Assembly (NCBI GenBank): GCA_963735035.1 | Contig: CAVTJJ010000003.1 | Coordinates: 576,001 to 640,000 of the forward strand | Length of the DNA stretch: 64,000 nucleotides | Reading direction: 5' to 3' | Source of the DNA: an uncultured candidate division Zixibacteria bacterium | GTDB lineage: Bacteria; Zixibacteria; MSB-5A5; GN15; FEB-12 | Shown here: in pieces, positions 30,143 through 41,721 of the stretch | How the letters are laid out: every line of letters begins with the position of its first letter | Numbering within the stretch: position 1 is the stretch's first letter | Notes under the pieces: generated by a model | Database searches by the model: none | Told to the model about the DNA's origin: nothing | What the model saw: the letters and a program-made list of their open reading frames with translations, nothing else | Position numbers and translations under genes: made by a program

Positions 30143-32650
30143 CTATTTCAAGATCACCAGCTTCCCGATTTGCGTGCGCGTTGCACTTTCGACTACCCAA
30201 TAGTACAGCCCCGACTCCACCGCCAGACCGGAACGGCTGACTAAGTTCCACCAGTCGTGCATCGACTCCGGGCCGCCTTCGGGGAAGTTGTGATCGATCG
30301 TGCCAATATGATCGCCATCGAGAGAATAGACTTTGATTTTACAAACGCGAGGCAGATTGCCGAAATGGATCAAGCGCGCCCGGTCCGGGATGATGTTCCC
30401 TTTGCGATTCTCGTAGCCGCCGTCCTCATATTTGGCGTCAACTCTGTAGGGATTGGGATAGACATAGGCGTCAAGATTCTCCTCTTCGACGATTTCCGAT
30501 GAAGTCTGAGCGTAGCACTCGGTGACATTGTTCAAAGGGTTGGTTTCGTCGGGAGGCATATTGCCGCGTCCGCCGGCATAGCCGAAGTCAAATACTGTCA
30601 CTGCGACAAAATATGGCACGGTCGGCAGCAGGTTGTCGATGATGTATTCGTATTCGTAGTATTTGGGGAGCCGGCGGCCGTCGTGCTCAGTCGTGACATC
30701 TTCGTCAGTCCAGACGGTCGAATCAGTGCCGGGGTTGATCGCATCCGGATAGGCTTTGTGAATTCCGTTTGGGGTGGCCAGGTCGTACACGTTCTCATCG
30801 ACGGCGGAGAAGTAGAAGACGCTGTCGCCTTCGAACAACGGCCGTTGGCGGGGATAGTCATCGGGGTTGAGATCGGGGTTATTATGTAGATTGCGAAGTG
30901 AGTCAAGACTGAACGGTGGGTCGTCGTTGAACCAGCGACTCTCGCCCGATCCTAGTTCGTTGTATTTCCAGCGCAGCCAGTCTTGTTTGTCATAACTTGT
31001 CAGCAACGCCAGACTATTTTTTCGATTATCAAGACCGCAATAGACGCGGTACCCCTCGAAATCTATAAGATTAGAAAAGATGTCTTTCGTTGTTTCTGAG
31101 AGATACCCGTTCCAGCGGACAATGATCTTCCCGGCTTCAGTTTCATATCGCGTGAACGGGATTGGCGGCGGCGTGTTGCCACGGAAATCGGGAACGCCGT
31201 CTCCTTTGTACCAGGTCGTCTCCCCTTCGCAGACGCGATACTCGCCGAAGTACCCGTCGCTGTCGGTATCTACGCCCGGATTGTCATATACCCATTTCGC
31301 CCATTGCGCATTGGTGGCAAGTTCGGAGAAGTCGAGTTGATCGTAATACGCCTGTGGGTTATCGGGATAGAAGACTGCGTTCGGATTTGTGTGGACATTA
31401 TCGCCACCGACGACGGCCATCGTGAATCTAACCTTCTCACGAACTCCAATTTGAAACGGACCGAAGTAATAATACATGCGGAACGGCCAGCCTTTTGCGA
31501 TGTCTGGTGCGAAACTCCACGGAGGCATCCAACCGAAATGATCAACAGCCGCTGACATCTGATCGTAAGCTATTTGGGGATGACTCAGAATGTAGTACAG
31601 ATTCTCATAAGAACCTGGCCACGCGAAGTAGGGATTGAAGGAGCGAAATGGTTCGTCGGGAGTCGACTGACGCCGCGGTCCCCAATCCTGGGCACCTGGG
31701 GCGTCTTGCACAAGCCAACTGTAGCCAATCTGTATTGAATCCGAAGAAGCGCCGAGCAGCATGATGCCAACCGCGCCGTTGCGCGACTGTGACATATAAC
31801 GCCCGCTTAGAGGGTCACCGTCGTTATCCATACAGTAGGCGACGTTGATCGGATTGTGAAAAGCGCAATTGTCCTGAGAGACAATATCGCGCAGGAAACC
31901 GGTCAGATCGTCAGAGGGTCCCACTTCTACCGGCTGCCAGTAGCTGTAGCATTCCATGCCTATCCAGACGTCCTTTAGAGCCTTAATGCCGACATTAGTA
32001 ATCTCGTAATCAAACAAGACAAAATCGTCAATCGTAGATCCGCTCCATGCCATTGATTTCTGAGTTCCAATAATCTCTAAAGGGACGGGATTCTGAATCT
32101 TCCAATTTGCCCATCTGATATTTATCTGGCTTGTATCGGTGAATTCTGTTTCGAGATCAAGACTAGATCGTGCCTCAGTCGAGTAGTATGACGAAGTGGG
32201 ATCGGAGCTCTTTACGTGCCACAGCGAAGCCAAGTCCGGTATGCGAGCGCTCCAAAACCAGGTGGCAATGGTATCTTGACCGGATACAGCCCCAACAAGC
32301 AAGTCTGCGTCCATATACATCCTATGGCTACCGGCAGGATACTCGCATCCGTAAACCGAGTCACCCGTGATCGGATCGTATTGAGGAATTTGCCCTTCGG
32401 AATTAGCTGTCAATTGACCCCAGCCACCAGGTTCAACTGTCAGGGAAAGATTCCCTTGATTATGGGCTCGTCGATAAAGCGACTCTTGCTGGCTGTGTGC
32501 TGAAGCCGAAAACAGCAATAGCGCCAATATGATAATTGCTGGCATCCTTCGATGGAGGATAAACATCAATCTCCTGGGATGTCTGAATTTGAAGATGGCA
32601 ATAGTTGTCAAATGACTGTTGACTTGATTCTCTCGATTCGGTCTAGTCAT
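30143..32650 (-). CDS. Large secreted protein with FN3-like and FlgD-Ig-like C-terminal domains
   Basis: Signal-like segment (likely start ~32566/32545); DFEGYRVY, YFVAVTVFD, VYPNPY..SGLYYW..GKLVILK. Confidence 0.8.
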   Translation of the reverse strand: MTRPNRENQVNSHLTTIAIFKFRHPRRLMFILHRRMPAIIILALLLFSASAHSQQESLYRRAHNQGNLSLTVEPGGWGQLTANSEGQIPQYDPITGDSVYGCEYPAGSHRMYMDADLLVGAVSGQDTIATWFWSARIPDLASLWHVKSSDPTSSYYSTEARSSLDLETEFTDTSQINIRWANWKIQNPVPLEIIGTQKSMAWSGSTIDDFVLFDYEITNVGIKALKDVWIGMECYSYWQPVEVGPSDDLTGFLRDIVSQDNCAFHNPINVAYCMDNDGDPLSGRYMSQSRNGAVGIMLLGASSDSIQIGYSWLVQDAPGAQDWGPRRQSTPDEPFRSFNPYFAWPGSYENLYYILSHPQIAYDQMSAAVDHFGWMPPWSFAPDIAKGWPFRMYYYFGPFQIGVREKVRFTMAVVGGDNVHTNPNAVFYPDNPQAYYDQLDFSELATNAQWAKWVYDNPGVDTDSDGYFGEYRVCEGETTWYKGDGVPDFRGNTPPPIPFTRYETEAGKIIVRWNGYLSETTKDIFSNLIDFEGYRVYCGLDNRKNSLALLTSYDKQDWLRWKYNELGSGESRWFNDDPPFSLDSLRNLHNNPDLNPDDYPRQRPLFEGDSVFYFSAVDENVYDLATPNGIHKAYPDAINPGTDSTVWTDEDVTTEHDGRRLPKYYEYEYIIDNLLPTVPYFVAVTVFDFGYAGGRGNMPPDETNPLNNVTECYAQTSSEIVEEENLDAYVYPNPYRVDAKYEDGGYENRKGNIIPDRARLIHFGNLPRVCKIKVYSLDGDHIGTIDHNFPEGGPESMHDWWNLVSRSGLAVESGLYYWVVESATRTQIGKLVILK

Positions 32651-32752
32651 TACCCATAGAACTAAGTATTGAAGGTTTCAGACTATGACGATCAATTATG
32701 TAACCGCCTGACTACCGACCCCATACTGCGACGTTACGATTCTATTTGACTA

Positions 32753-32986
32753 CTACTTTCCTGGACACAAGTAAGCGAAGTCACAAGTTGGTGCGCCGTT
32801 ATATACGCAGCCCACGTTCTTAACAAAATGACCAATCTTGGACACGTATTCAGGATAACCTGGGCAATCGTAGATTTCGCAACAATCGTAAGCCTGTGCC
32901 TGGCTCGCCATCGTGAAGCTGAAGCCGAGCGTAAACGCGAACAGGAACAGATACGTATAGATTATCAGAACTTTCTTATTTTTCAT
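32753..32986 (-). CDS. Small secreted six-cysteine peptide
   Basis: MKNKKVLII..AQA|YDCCEIYDCPGY..GCVY..CDFAYLCPGK; GAAGGAG RBS. Confidence 0.75.
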   Translation of the reverse strand: MKNKKVLIIYTYLFLFAFTLGFSFTMASQAQAYDCCEIYDCPGYPEYVSKIGHFVKNVGCVYNGAPTCDFAYLCPGK

Positions 32987-33074
32987 AATAGAGTTCTCCT
33001 TCCTATGGTTAGATAGGTTTGGTGTTAAAGGAAGGGAACGGACAGTCAGGCGGCTTTGCATTAGTTCTTCCAAT

Positions 33075-33705
33075 TCACCCTTCGACAGGCTCAGGGTAAC
33101 GAGCGTTTGCTGTGTTGACCGTCTCAAACAATCGCTCATAGTCCTCCGCCATTAACTTATTGGCGTGAATTTCAGTGATCAAGCGATCCCGGTTTACAAC
33201 AAGATTGAACGGGAACAACTGGATATTCAACGCCGCCCCAAACTGACGCTCGTTATCGTACAGTATCTCACACCCCAGACCGTAGTCTTCCCTGAGCCGT
33301 TGCATATGCAATGGATTGGCCGAGGTGATCAATATCACATGTTCATAATCATCCGGACCTTTGGCGACGTTACGCAAACGCTCAAGTTCTTCCAGACACG
33401 CGTCACAGTCCGGCTTAAGATAGGTAATCAGCGTTCTATCTGTCACCAGTTCCGATAACAGATGCAACTTCCCGTCGATGTCTTCCAACGGGAAGTTCCC
33501 CAACGTGTCCCCCACTTTGATTGTCCCCATTTTCCTCAGAACTGCAGCCGTCTGCTCAGCGGCCTGGGTGCGGTAGGTATCAGCATGGCGGCTGAGATTC
33601 CACTCCTTCATCCACTCAGCCGATTGTGTACCAATGAGATAGGCGAGCGCGACCAGCGTCACCCCCCCCCATAACCCATACTACTTTACTCTTGATTTGA
33701 GCCAT
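33075..33705 (-). CDS. Membrane-anchored redoxin/TlpA-like protein (G9 homopolymer frameshift at 33662-33670)
   Basis: KVGD..FPLEDIDG, CDAC, FPFNLVV; ATG 33705 with GAGGGAG is in frame if one G is removed. Confidence 0.75.
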
Positions 33706-33774
33706 TTGCTACTCCCTCATCTATCCAACTTCCACCAACCCACAACAAACTGTGGGCTACCCCTTTCGACCGTC

Positions 33775-34060
33775 CGGCAGGGATGGAACCCTGCCGATCA
33801 TGTATTAACGCGGTGTCGTGCCGGAACCCTCAAGATACGGGGGATGCTGTCTCCTGATAGGCAGGATAACTTACGCCGCTGTGTGATGCAAGAGCAAACC
33901 ACGGTTCTGCCGGAGAGCGCTCGGCAGGGGTGGAACCCTGCCGATTAAATTGACTGCTCACACCCTTGGGTGCCCCCTGAAGCGGGGCAAGACAGAGTGT
34001 AAGGTTGTGCGTGGTGGAGCCTGCCACTGACTTGATCGGGGGTCCTCGTCCACCACGAAG
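33775..34060. repeat. REP-like mosaic
   Basis: GGCAGGG-[A/G]TGGAA-CCCTGCCGA x2; inverted copy of 11405-11440 module. Confidence 0.7.
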
Positions 34061-34106
34061 GCCCTGGCGCACGTGGACGTACGCCAGGCACAACGGCCCA
34101 AATCCC

Positions 34107-35465
34107 CTAGGCCACCCAGATCGTCTTGATATTGACGAATTCCTTGATACCGTAGTGTGAAAGCTCGCGGCCGTAGCCGGATCTCTTGATGCCGCCAAAC
34201 GGCAGTCTCGGGTCAGACTTGGTCATGCCGTTGATAAAGACCGCGCCGGTTTCGATCCGCCGCGCCACCATCTCAGCCCGCTTGACATCTTTCGACCAAA
34301 CCGCCCCGCCGAGTCCGAACGGCGAATCGTTGGCCACCGCGATAGCTTCTTCAGCGTTCTTCACCGGAATAATCGCCGACACCGGCCCAAACGTTTCTTC
34401 GTCGTAGACCGCCATACCTTTGCGAACATCGGTCAATACGGTCGGCAGATAGTACGCCCCGGGGCCATCCACTTTGCGACCGCCGCACAGCAGTCGCGCT
34501 CCGGCATGAATCGAGCGCTGTACCTGGCTGTCGAGTTCTTTCAGCAAGTCGAGCCGCGCCAACGGGCCGACTTTGGTGTCGGGTTGCATCGGGTCGCCCA
34601 TCTTGAGCGCCTGCATAATTGCGGCCTGCTGCTTCTCGAACTCCCTGACTACCGATTCGACTACAATGAATCGCTTGGCGGCGATGCAGCTCTGACCCTG
34701 ATTGATCATGCGCGAGTTGACCGAGACCTGCACACACTTTGCCAGGTCGGCGTCTTCGAGTACGATATATGCATCAGACCCGCCCAGTTCGAGTACGGTC
34801 TTCTTGAGTTCATGGCCCGCCGTTGAGGCCACCTGCATCCCGGCCGGCTCTGACCCGGTTAGCGTGACCGCCTTGACCAGCGGATTGCGGATAACTTTTT
34901 CGACCTGTCGCGACGAGATCATAAGCGTCCGGAACAGATTCTCCGGGAATCCCGCCTCGCGAAAGACTTCTTCAAGCGCCAGGGCGCATCCGGGCACATT
35001 CGACGCATGCTTTAGCACACCGGCATTGCCCGCCATGAGGGCGGGCGCCGCGAAACGCATCACCTGCCAGAACGGGAAATTCCAGGGCATGACGGCCAGC
35101 ACGATTCCGAGCGGTTCGAAAGCGGCGAAACTTCGGCTCGCATCCGACGCGATAATTTCATCGGCCAGAAATTTCTCGGCATTATCAGCGTAGTAATCGC
35201 AGGCTGCCGCGCATTTCTCGACCTCGGACAGCGACTCGGTGATCGTCTTTCCCATTTCGAGTGTGATGATCTCGGCATATTTCCGTTTGTTGCTGCGCTG
35301 AATTTCGGCCGCCCGATGCATGAGCGGTTTGCGCTGCGCGAAAGTCGTCTGCCGCCAACTGCAGTACTCATCGTACGTCTGTTCCAGTATCTCCGCAACT
35401 TCAGCGTCGCTGTGCTCGGGATAATCCCGTATCAGTTCTCCGTTGGCCGGATTGATTGCTTTCAT
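34107..35465 (-). CDS. gabD: NAD(P)-dependent succinate-semialdehyde dehydrogenase
   Basis: MPWNFPFWQ, TLTGSE, LELGGSD, GQSCIAAKR, EETFGP, PFGGIKRSGYGRELS. Confidence 0.88.
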   Translation of the reverse strand: MKAINPANGELIRDYPEHSDAEVAEILEQTYDEYCSWRQTTFAQRKPLMHRAAEIQRSNKRKYAEIITLEMGKTITESLSEVEKCAAACDYYADNAEKFLADEIIASDASRSFAAFEPLGIVLAVMPWNFPFWQVMRFAAPALMAGNAGVLKHASNVPGCALALEEVFREAGFPENLFRTLMISSRQVEKVIRNPLVKAVTLTGSEPAGMQVASTAGHELKKTVLELGGSDAYIVLEDADLAKCVQVSVNSRMINQGQSCIAAKRFIVVESVVREFEKQQAAIMQALKMGDPMQPDTKVGPLARLDLLKELDSQVQRSIHAGARLLCGGRKVDGPGAYYLPTVLTDVRKGMAVYDEETFGPVSAIIPVKNAEEAIAVANDSPFGLGGAVWSKDVKRAEMVARRIETGAVFINGMTKSDPRLPFGGIKRSGYGRELSHYGIKEFVNIKTIWVA

Positions 35466-35472
35466 AACGTCC

Positions 35473-37134
35473 TCACTTTTGCGTGAAATCGAAACGCTCG
35501 CACAAGTTCTTCTCCAGTTTATCGCTTAGCTCGTAATTGACCGAAGTCTCAATCGGTATCTCCACCAGGCAGAGTTGCTGGCGACTGATCGCCTCCTTTA
35601 GCCCTTCTTTCAACTCGCGGAGGCTTGTCGGTCGATACGCTTTGATGCCGAAACTTTCGGCGTACTTCTTGAAATCGGGATTAGTCAGATGCGTCCCGAA
35701 CGATCGGCGCGTGTGACTGTGTTGCTTCCATGAGATCAGGCCATAGTCATTATCGTTGAACACGACAATCGTGAACCCGACACCAAGGCGGCTTGCCGTT
35801 TCGATTTCCTGCGAATTCATCATGAACCCGCCGTCGCCCATCAACGCCACCACCTGCTTGTGCGGCAGCGCCAGCTTGGCCGCGATTCCCCCCGGCAGGG
35901 CGATGCCCATGCTCGCCAGACCGTTGGATATGATTACGGAGTTCGGCTCGTATGCGGGATAGTTGCGACCGATCCACATCTTGTGACTCCCGACATCCGA
36001 CAGCACGATATCACCGGGATTCATCATCTCACGAATGACATGCAGCACCCCGGGCACGGTAAATGCGTCGCCGTCTTTCAGTTGGTACGAATCGATATCT
36101 CTCAGGATCTGATCCCGCAGCGGCTGGTACCACTTGCGGTCGAAACTTATCCGCTCTTTCTCAACCTGGGCATTCAGCTCCCAGAGCGCACCCGAAACGT
36201 CACAGATGATTTCCACTTCGGGTTGATAATGTTCGTGCACCTCGGCCGGGGCGAAATCAATGTGCACGATCCGCTTGTCCTTGGCGGCGTTCCAGAATTT
36301 CGGATCATACTCGGCGATATCATACCCGACCGTTAAGATTAGATCAGCGACATCGATCCCACACATGACGAAATCGCGCCCCTGCAAGCCAACTGCCAGA
36401 AGCGAATGCTCATCTTTGTCCGAGATCGCTCCTTTCCCCATGAACGTGGACACTACCGGAATACCCGTCTGTGCGACCAACTGACGAAGATGTTTCGACG
36501 CCATCTTGCGGATGGCGCCGTTGCCGGCGATGATCATCGGCTTTTTTGCCTGCTTGAGCAGGTCCACCGCCTGGCCGACAGCTTTGAAATCGGGTGAACC
36601 TCTACGAACGCGCCGCGGTTCGATCGGTTGACTTGAGCAATCTAGCTTGGCAATATCCTCAGGCACCTCAAAATGGGTGGCTCCGGGCTTTTCCATCTCG
36701 GCCAGTTTGAACGCCTTGCGGACAACTTCCGGCACAATCTGCGGATTCTGAATGCTGGTGGTCCATTTAGTCACCGGCCGGAACATATTGACCACGTCGA
36801 TATTCTGGTGGCTCTCTTTGTGAATCCGGTCGGACGATCCCTGCCCGGTAATGGCCACAATCGGCGCTTTGTCTAAATGAGCATCGGCGACACCAGTCAA
36901 CAAGTTGGTAGCCCCCGGACCGAGCGTGGCCAGACAGACGCCCGCCTTGCCGGTCAGACGGCCATAGACGTCGGCCATGAACGCCGCTCCCGATTCATGA
37001 CGGGTAGGGACAAACCGAACCGAGGAACTCTCCAGCGAGAAGAGGATGTCCTCGTTTTCTTCACCTGGAACACCGAAGACATATTTGACGCCTTCGCGTT
37101 CGAGACATTTGACAATTAGATCGGATACTTTCAC
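35473..37134 (-). CDS. ThDP-dependent acetolactate synthase-like enzyme (OgdA-like 2-oxoglutarate decarboxylase candidate)
   Basis: FGVPGEEN, TRHE, TLGPGATN, HKESHQ, GDGGFMMNSQEIETA. Confidence 0.85.
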   Translation of the reverse strand: MKVSDLIVKCLEREGVKYVFGVPGEENEDILFSLESSSVRFVPTRHESGAAFMADVYGRLTGKAGVCLATLGPGATNLLTGVADAHLDKAPIVAITGQGSSDRIHKESHQNIDVVNMFRPVTKWTTSIQNPQIVPEVVRKAFKLAEMEKPGATHFEVPEDIAKLDCSSQPIEPRRVRRGSPDFKAVGQAVDLLKQAKKPMIIAGNGAIRKMASKHLRQLVAQTGIPVVSTFMGKGAISDKDEHSLLAVGLQGRDFVMCGIDVADLILTVGYDIAEYDPKFWNAAKDKRIVHIDFAPAEVHEHYQPEVEIICDVSGALWELNAQVEKERISFDRKWYQPLRDQILRDIDSYQLKDGDAFTVPGVLHVIREMMNPGDIVLSDVGSHKMWIGRNYPAYEPNSVIISNGLASMGIALPGGIAAKLALPHKQVVALMGDGGFMMNSQEIETASRLGVGFTIVVFNDNDYGLISWKQHSHTRRSFGTHLTNPDFKKYAESFGIKAYRPTSLRELKEGLKEAISRQQLCLVEIPIETSVNYELSDKLEKNLCERFDFTQK

Positions 37135-37392
37135 ATCGCGTTTCCCATCTTGGAACAGTATGGCACCCCACAGCTTGCCGTGGGTTGGCGGCTCCAGCGC
37201 CTTACATCAAGCAACATAGTCGAAACCCCACCCGCAACTATTTGTTCCGCACGGTCGCAAGTAGCTCGATGAGGGGTATAAGCTGGTGTAATGGAGTCAT
37301 TTCAGAAAAGTAGTCAGTTGACATCGATACAAAATCCAACTAACCAGCTACCGGGGCTTTTGTTATATTCCCGACCATGTTAGGAGTATATT

Positions 37393-38467
37393 ATGAAGTT
37401 TGGTACTGACATCCCTTTGCTTTCAGCCGTTGTAACCATCACTTTGGCAGGCCTTCTTATTTCCGGCTGCAGCAAGAGTGAGTCAAACGTACCGGCCGGC
37501 GGTCGCAAGAGCGGCCCTGCCGGCGCCCCGGTCGAGGCGGTAGTCGTACGCCCGCAACTGCTCGAGAACCGTGTTTATGCCACGGGTTCTCTCCGCGCCA
37601 ACGAGGAAGTCGAGCTTCGGTCCGAGATCTCCGGACGAGTCACCGGCATTTTCTTTTCCGAGGGGAGCCGCGTCAAGAAAGGGACCGTCCTCCTGACCAT
37701 CAACGACCAGGAGCTTCAGGCCCAGCTCAAGCGCAAACAATTCGAAGAGACTATTGCGGCCGATGAAGAACGTCGCCAGAAGTCCCTGCTCGATATCAAC
37801 GGCGTCAGCCGGGAAACCTACGACAAATCATACAACAACTTGAAGATGATCGAAGCCGACCGCGAATTGCTCGAAACCCAAATCGCCAAATCCAAGATCA
37901 CGGCGCCATTCGACGGCATCATCGGCCTGCGCTATGTCAGCGAAGGGGGTTTTGTTACTCCCGACGTACTGATTTCCACGATGCAAGACGTTGACCCTAT
38001 GAAGGTCGAATTCTCCGTCCCGGAAAAGAACGCCCGACAGATAAAGAACGGAACTCAGATTCTGGTTCGAATCGGCGATTCTCCCGAAGGAAGCAAGGGG
38101 GTCGTATATGCGGTTGAATCGATGATCGATCCAGACACCCGCACTATCAAGGCACGCGCGACGATCCCCAATCCGGACGGAAACCTGATTCCCGGCTCGT
38201 TTGGCAAAGTCGAAATTACGCTGGACCGGCTACCCAATGCGATCGTGATCCCGTCCGGGGCGGTCATCCCCCGAATCAATGACGAGATCGTCTATGTCTG
38301 CCGGAACGGCAAGGCTCAGATCTGTCTCGATCAAGAGCGGCATCAGAACCGAGAGCGGCATTCAGATTACCGAGGGGATTGCCCCCGGCGATACTCTGAT
38401 TGTCAGCGGCTTGCTCCAGTTGACCGACGGCAAGAATGTCCAGATAACCGCTCTTCAGGGAAATTAG
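37393..38467 (+). CDS. RND efflux periplasmic adaptor (frameshift near 38320)
   Basis: Lipobox ISGC, ITAPFDGIIG; continues in ORF 38279..38467. Confidence 0.88.
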
Positions 38468-38482
38468 CGCCGGTCAGCTCTT

Positions 38483-41400
38483 ATGAATATATCCTCAGTC
38501 AGCATCAATCGGCCCGTTCTTTCGACCGTGCTCTCGATCCTGATCGTTCTCTTCGGCGGGATCGGCTACTATTTCCTGGGCGTCCGCGAATATCCCAGCG
38601 TCGACCCGCCCGTCGTCACGGTCAGCACCAGCTACACCGGCGCCAACGCCGATGTTATCGAATCGCAGATTACGGAACCGCTGGAAGAATCGATCAACGG
38701 CATCGCCGGCATTCGCTCGCTGACGTCGTCCAGCAGCGACGGCCGCAGCCGGATCACGGTCGAATTCGAGCTCGGGGTTGACATGGAGACGGCCGCCAAC
38801 GATGTCCGCGACCGCGTTTCCCGCGCCGTCCACGATCTTCCGCCCGATATCGACCCGCCCAGTATCTCCAAGGCGGACGCCGACGCCAACCCGATTCTGG
38901 CCATCATGCTGGCAAGCGACAAGCGGTCGCTGCTGGAACTGTCGGAGATCGCCAACGACATTTTCAAGGAGCGGCTGCAAACAATTCCGGGCGTCAGCGA
39001 AGTCGGCATCTGGGGCGAGAAACGATACGCCATGAAGCTGGTGCTCGATCCGGCGCGTCTGGCAGCCCATGGTTTGACGCCGCTGGATATCAAGACCGCG
39101 CTCGACCGCGAAAACGTCGAACTTGCCGTCCGGACGCATCGAGGGATATAACACCGAACTGTCCATCCGCACTTTCGGTCGGCTGACGATCCGCTGAGGA
39201 ATTCAACAACCTCATCATCAAGCAGACCGACGGATCGGTCGTCAAGTTCCGCGACATCGGCCGGGCTGTCCTGGCGCCGGAAGACGAACGGTCGAGCTTG
39301 ACGCGGGAGCGGCGGAATCCCCATGGTAAGCGTCAACCTGATTCCCCAGCCCGGCTCGAATCATATCGCCATCGCCGACGAATTCTACCGTCGACTCGAC
39401 CAGATCAAGAAGGATCTGCCCGAGGATGTCAGCTACAGTATCGGCCATGGACACCACGGCCAATATCCGCAAGGCCATCACCGAAGTCGTCGAGACGATC
39501 CTGATTGCCTTCCTGCTGGTCATGTTGGTGATATTCGCCTTCCTGCGGCACTGGCGCACAACTATCATCCCGATGCTGGCCATTCCGATTTCGCTCATCG
39601 GCGCCTTCTTCATCATGTATGTGGCCGGTTTCTCGATCAATATTCTCACTCTGCTGGCCATCGTGCTGTCCACCGGTATTGTCGTCGATGATGCTATCGT
39701 AGTCCTCGAAAACATCTACAAGCGCATCGAGAGAGGCGTCGATCCGATCGAGGCCGGACACCAGGGCTCGAAAGAAATCCTGTTCGCGATTATCTCGACC
39801 ACTATCACCCTGGCATCGGTGTTCTTGCCCATCATGTTTCTGCAGGGACTGACCGGACGTCTGTTCCGCGAATTCGGCGTGGTGGTGGCCGGTTCGGTGC
39901 TGATTTCGGCCTTCGTCTCTCTGACTCTGACCCCGATGATGAGCGCGCGGATTTTGCACAAGCCCACCCATGAGAACAAGCTGTTTGCTTTGAGCGAGAG
40001 ATGGTTTAACCGTCTCATATCGGGGTATCACCGCTCATTGAATGCCTTTGTTCATCGGAGATGGTTGGCGCCGGTCATAATGGTGGCCTCGCTGGCCATC
40101 ATTCTCGGCGTGGGAGCGCATCCTTCGCTCGGAGCTTGCCCCGATGGAGGACAAGAGCCGCCTGATGGTCAACGCCTCGGCGCCCGAGGGTACGTCGTAC
40201 GAAGCACTTGCCAGCTACATGAGTAAGATTCTTGCGGTCGTCGACACGCTGCCCGAAAAGAGCGTGATTATGACCATGACCGGCGGCGGCGGCATGGGCA
40301 GCTCCAACAGCGGTTTTGTCAGAATCAGCCTGGTGCCACCGGATGACCGGCAAAGGAGCCAGCAGGAGATTGCCGACGCCCTGACCAGGAGCTTGCGAGA
40401 TTACACCTTTGCCCGGGCCTATGTAACTCAGGAGCAAACCATCGGCGGCGGACGAGGACGATCCCTTCCGGTGCAATTTGTCATCCAGGCGCAGACATTC
40501 GATAAGCTCCGGGCCGTTATCCCTCAGTTCATGGAAAAGGCACAGGCGGATTCGGCCTTTCCGGTCGTAGATCTGGACTTGAAATTCAACAAGCCCGAGA
40601 TGACTATAGAGATCGACCGCGAGCGGGCCAGATCACTCGGGATCACGGTTCGGGATATTGCGTCGACCCTGCAGTTGTATTTCAGCGGCCAGCGGTACGG
40701 ATACTTTATCCTCAACGGCAAACAGTATTCGGTTATCGCTCAGGCCGACCGGCAAGATCGCGATGCCCCGATGGATATCAGTTCGATTTATGTGCGAAAT
40801 AGCCAGCGGCGAGTTGATACAGCTCGACAATCTCGTCAAGATGTCGTATCGCAGCAGTCCGCCGCAACTGTATCATTTCAATCGCTATATGTCGGCCACC
40901 GTATCGCGTCGATGGCCAAGGGCTTCACGCTGGGCGACGGCATCGCCGAGATGGATAAGATCGCTTCCGAAGTTCTCGATGAATCTTTCTCGACCAGCCT
41001 CGCAGGTACCGCAAAAGACTATTCGGAAAGTTCCAACACGCTGGTATTCGCTTTTCTCCTGGCACTGACCCTGGTCTATCTGATCCTGGCGGCGCAATTC
41101 GAGAGCTTCCGCGATCCGCTGATTATCATGTTCACGGTTCCGCTGGCGTTGGCCGGAGCGGTGTTGTCGCTATGGTTGTTCGGTCAGACGCTCAATATTT
41201 TCAGCCAGATTGGTATTATCGCCCTGATCGGTATCGTGACCAAGAACGGCATCCTGATCGTCGAGTTTGCCAATCAGCGCAAGGCTCAGGGTTTGTCGGT
41301 CAGGGAGGCGGTTATCGATGCCGCCGCTCAGCGGTTCCGACCGATCCTGATGACCAGCTGGCGACGGTTTTCGGCGTCCTGCCGATCGCGCTGGCCCTCG

Positions 41401-41564
41401 GTGCAGCGGCCAAAAGCCGTGTGTCGATGGGTATCGTGATTATCGGCGGTCTATTGTTCTCGCTCGGCCTGACGCTCTATGTGATTCCGGCGCTGTACAC
41501 TTATCTTTCGAGCGCGAAGAAGACGACGCCATCTCCGATCACAGAGCCAGTCGCGGTGGAGTGA
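38483..41564 (+). CDS. RND efflux permease (AcrB/MdtC-like), several frameshifts
   Basis: INRPV, GIVVDDAIVV, GIVTKNGILIVEFA, RFRPILMT spread over 5+ ORF pieces. Confidence 0.88.
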
Positions 41565-41721
41565 TCTTTCTTAATATGTCGGGTACCCCACCGCTCTGCT
41601 GTGGGTTGCGACTTCTCTGAAACGACGCGGGGTGGCCCACCCGCTTTGTGGGCGGCAGACGTCCTCGTCTGCCGCAATCTTGTAGGGCGGGTCTGCTTCA
41701 AACCCGCCATTATCGACTGGT

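Noticed and set aside
33662..33670. G9 tract as a phase-variation switch for the redoxin
   Set aside because: Cannot be distinguished from homopolymer error given the indel rate in this window.
37393..41564. RND genes (also TPR, portal, connector, 14910 gene) as pseudogenes or programmed frameshifts
   Set aside because: Single-base indels are scattered across unrelated, otherwise intact genes, which fits long-read assembly error; raw reads are needed to decide.
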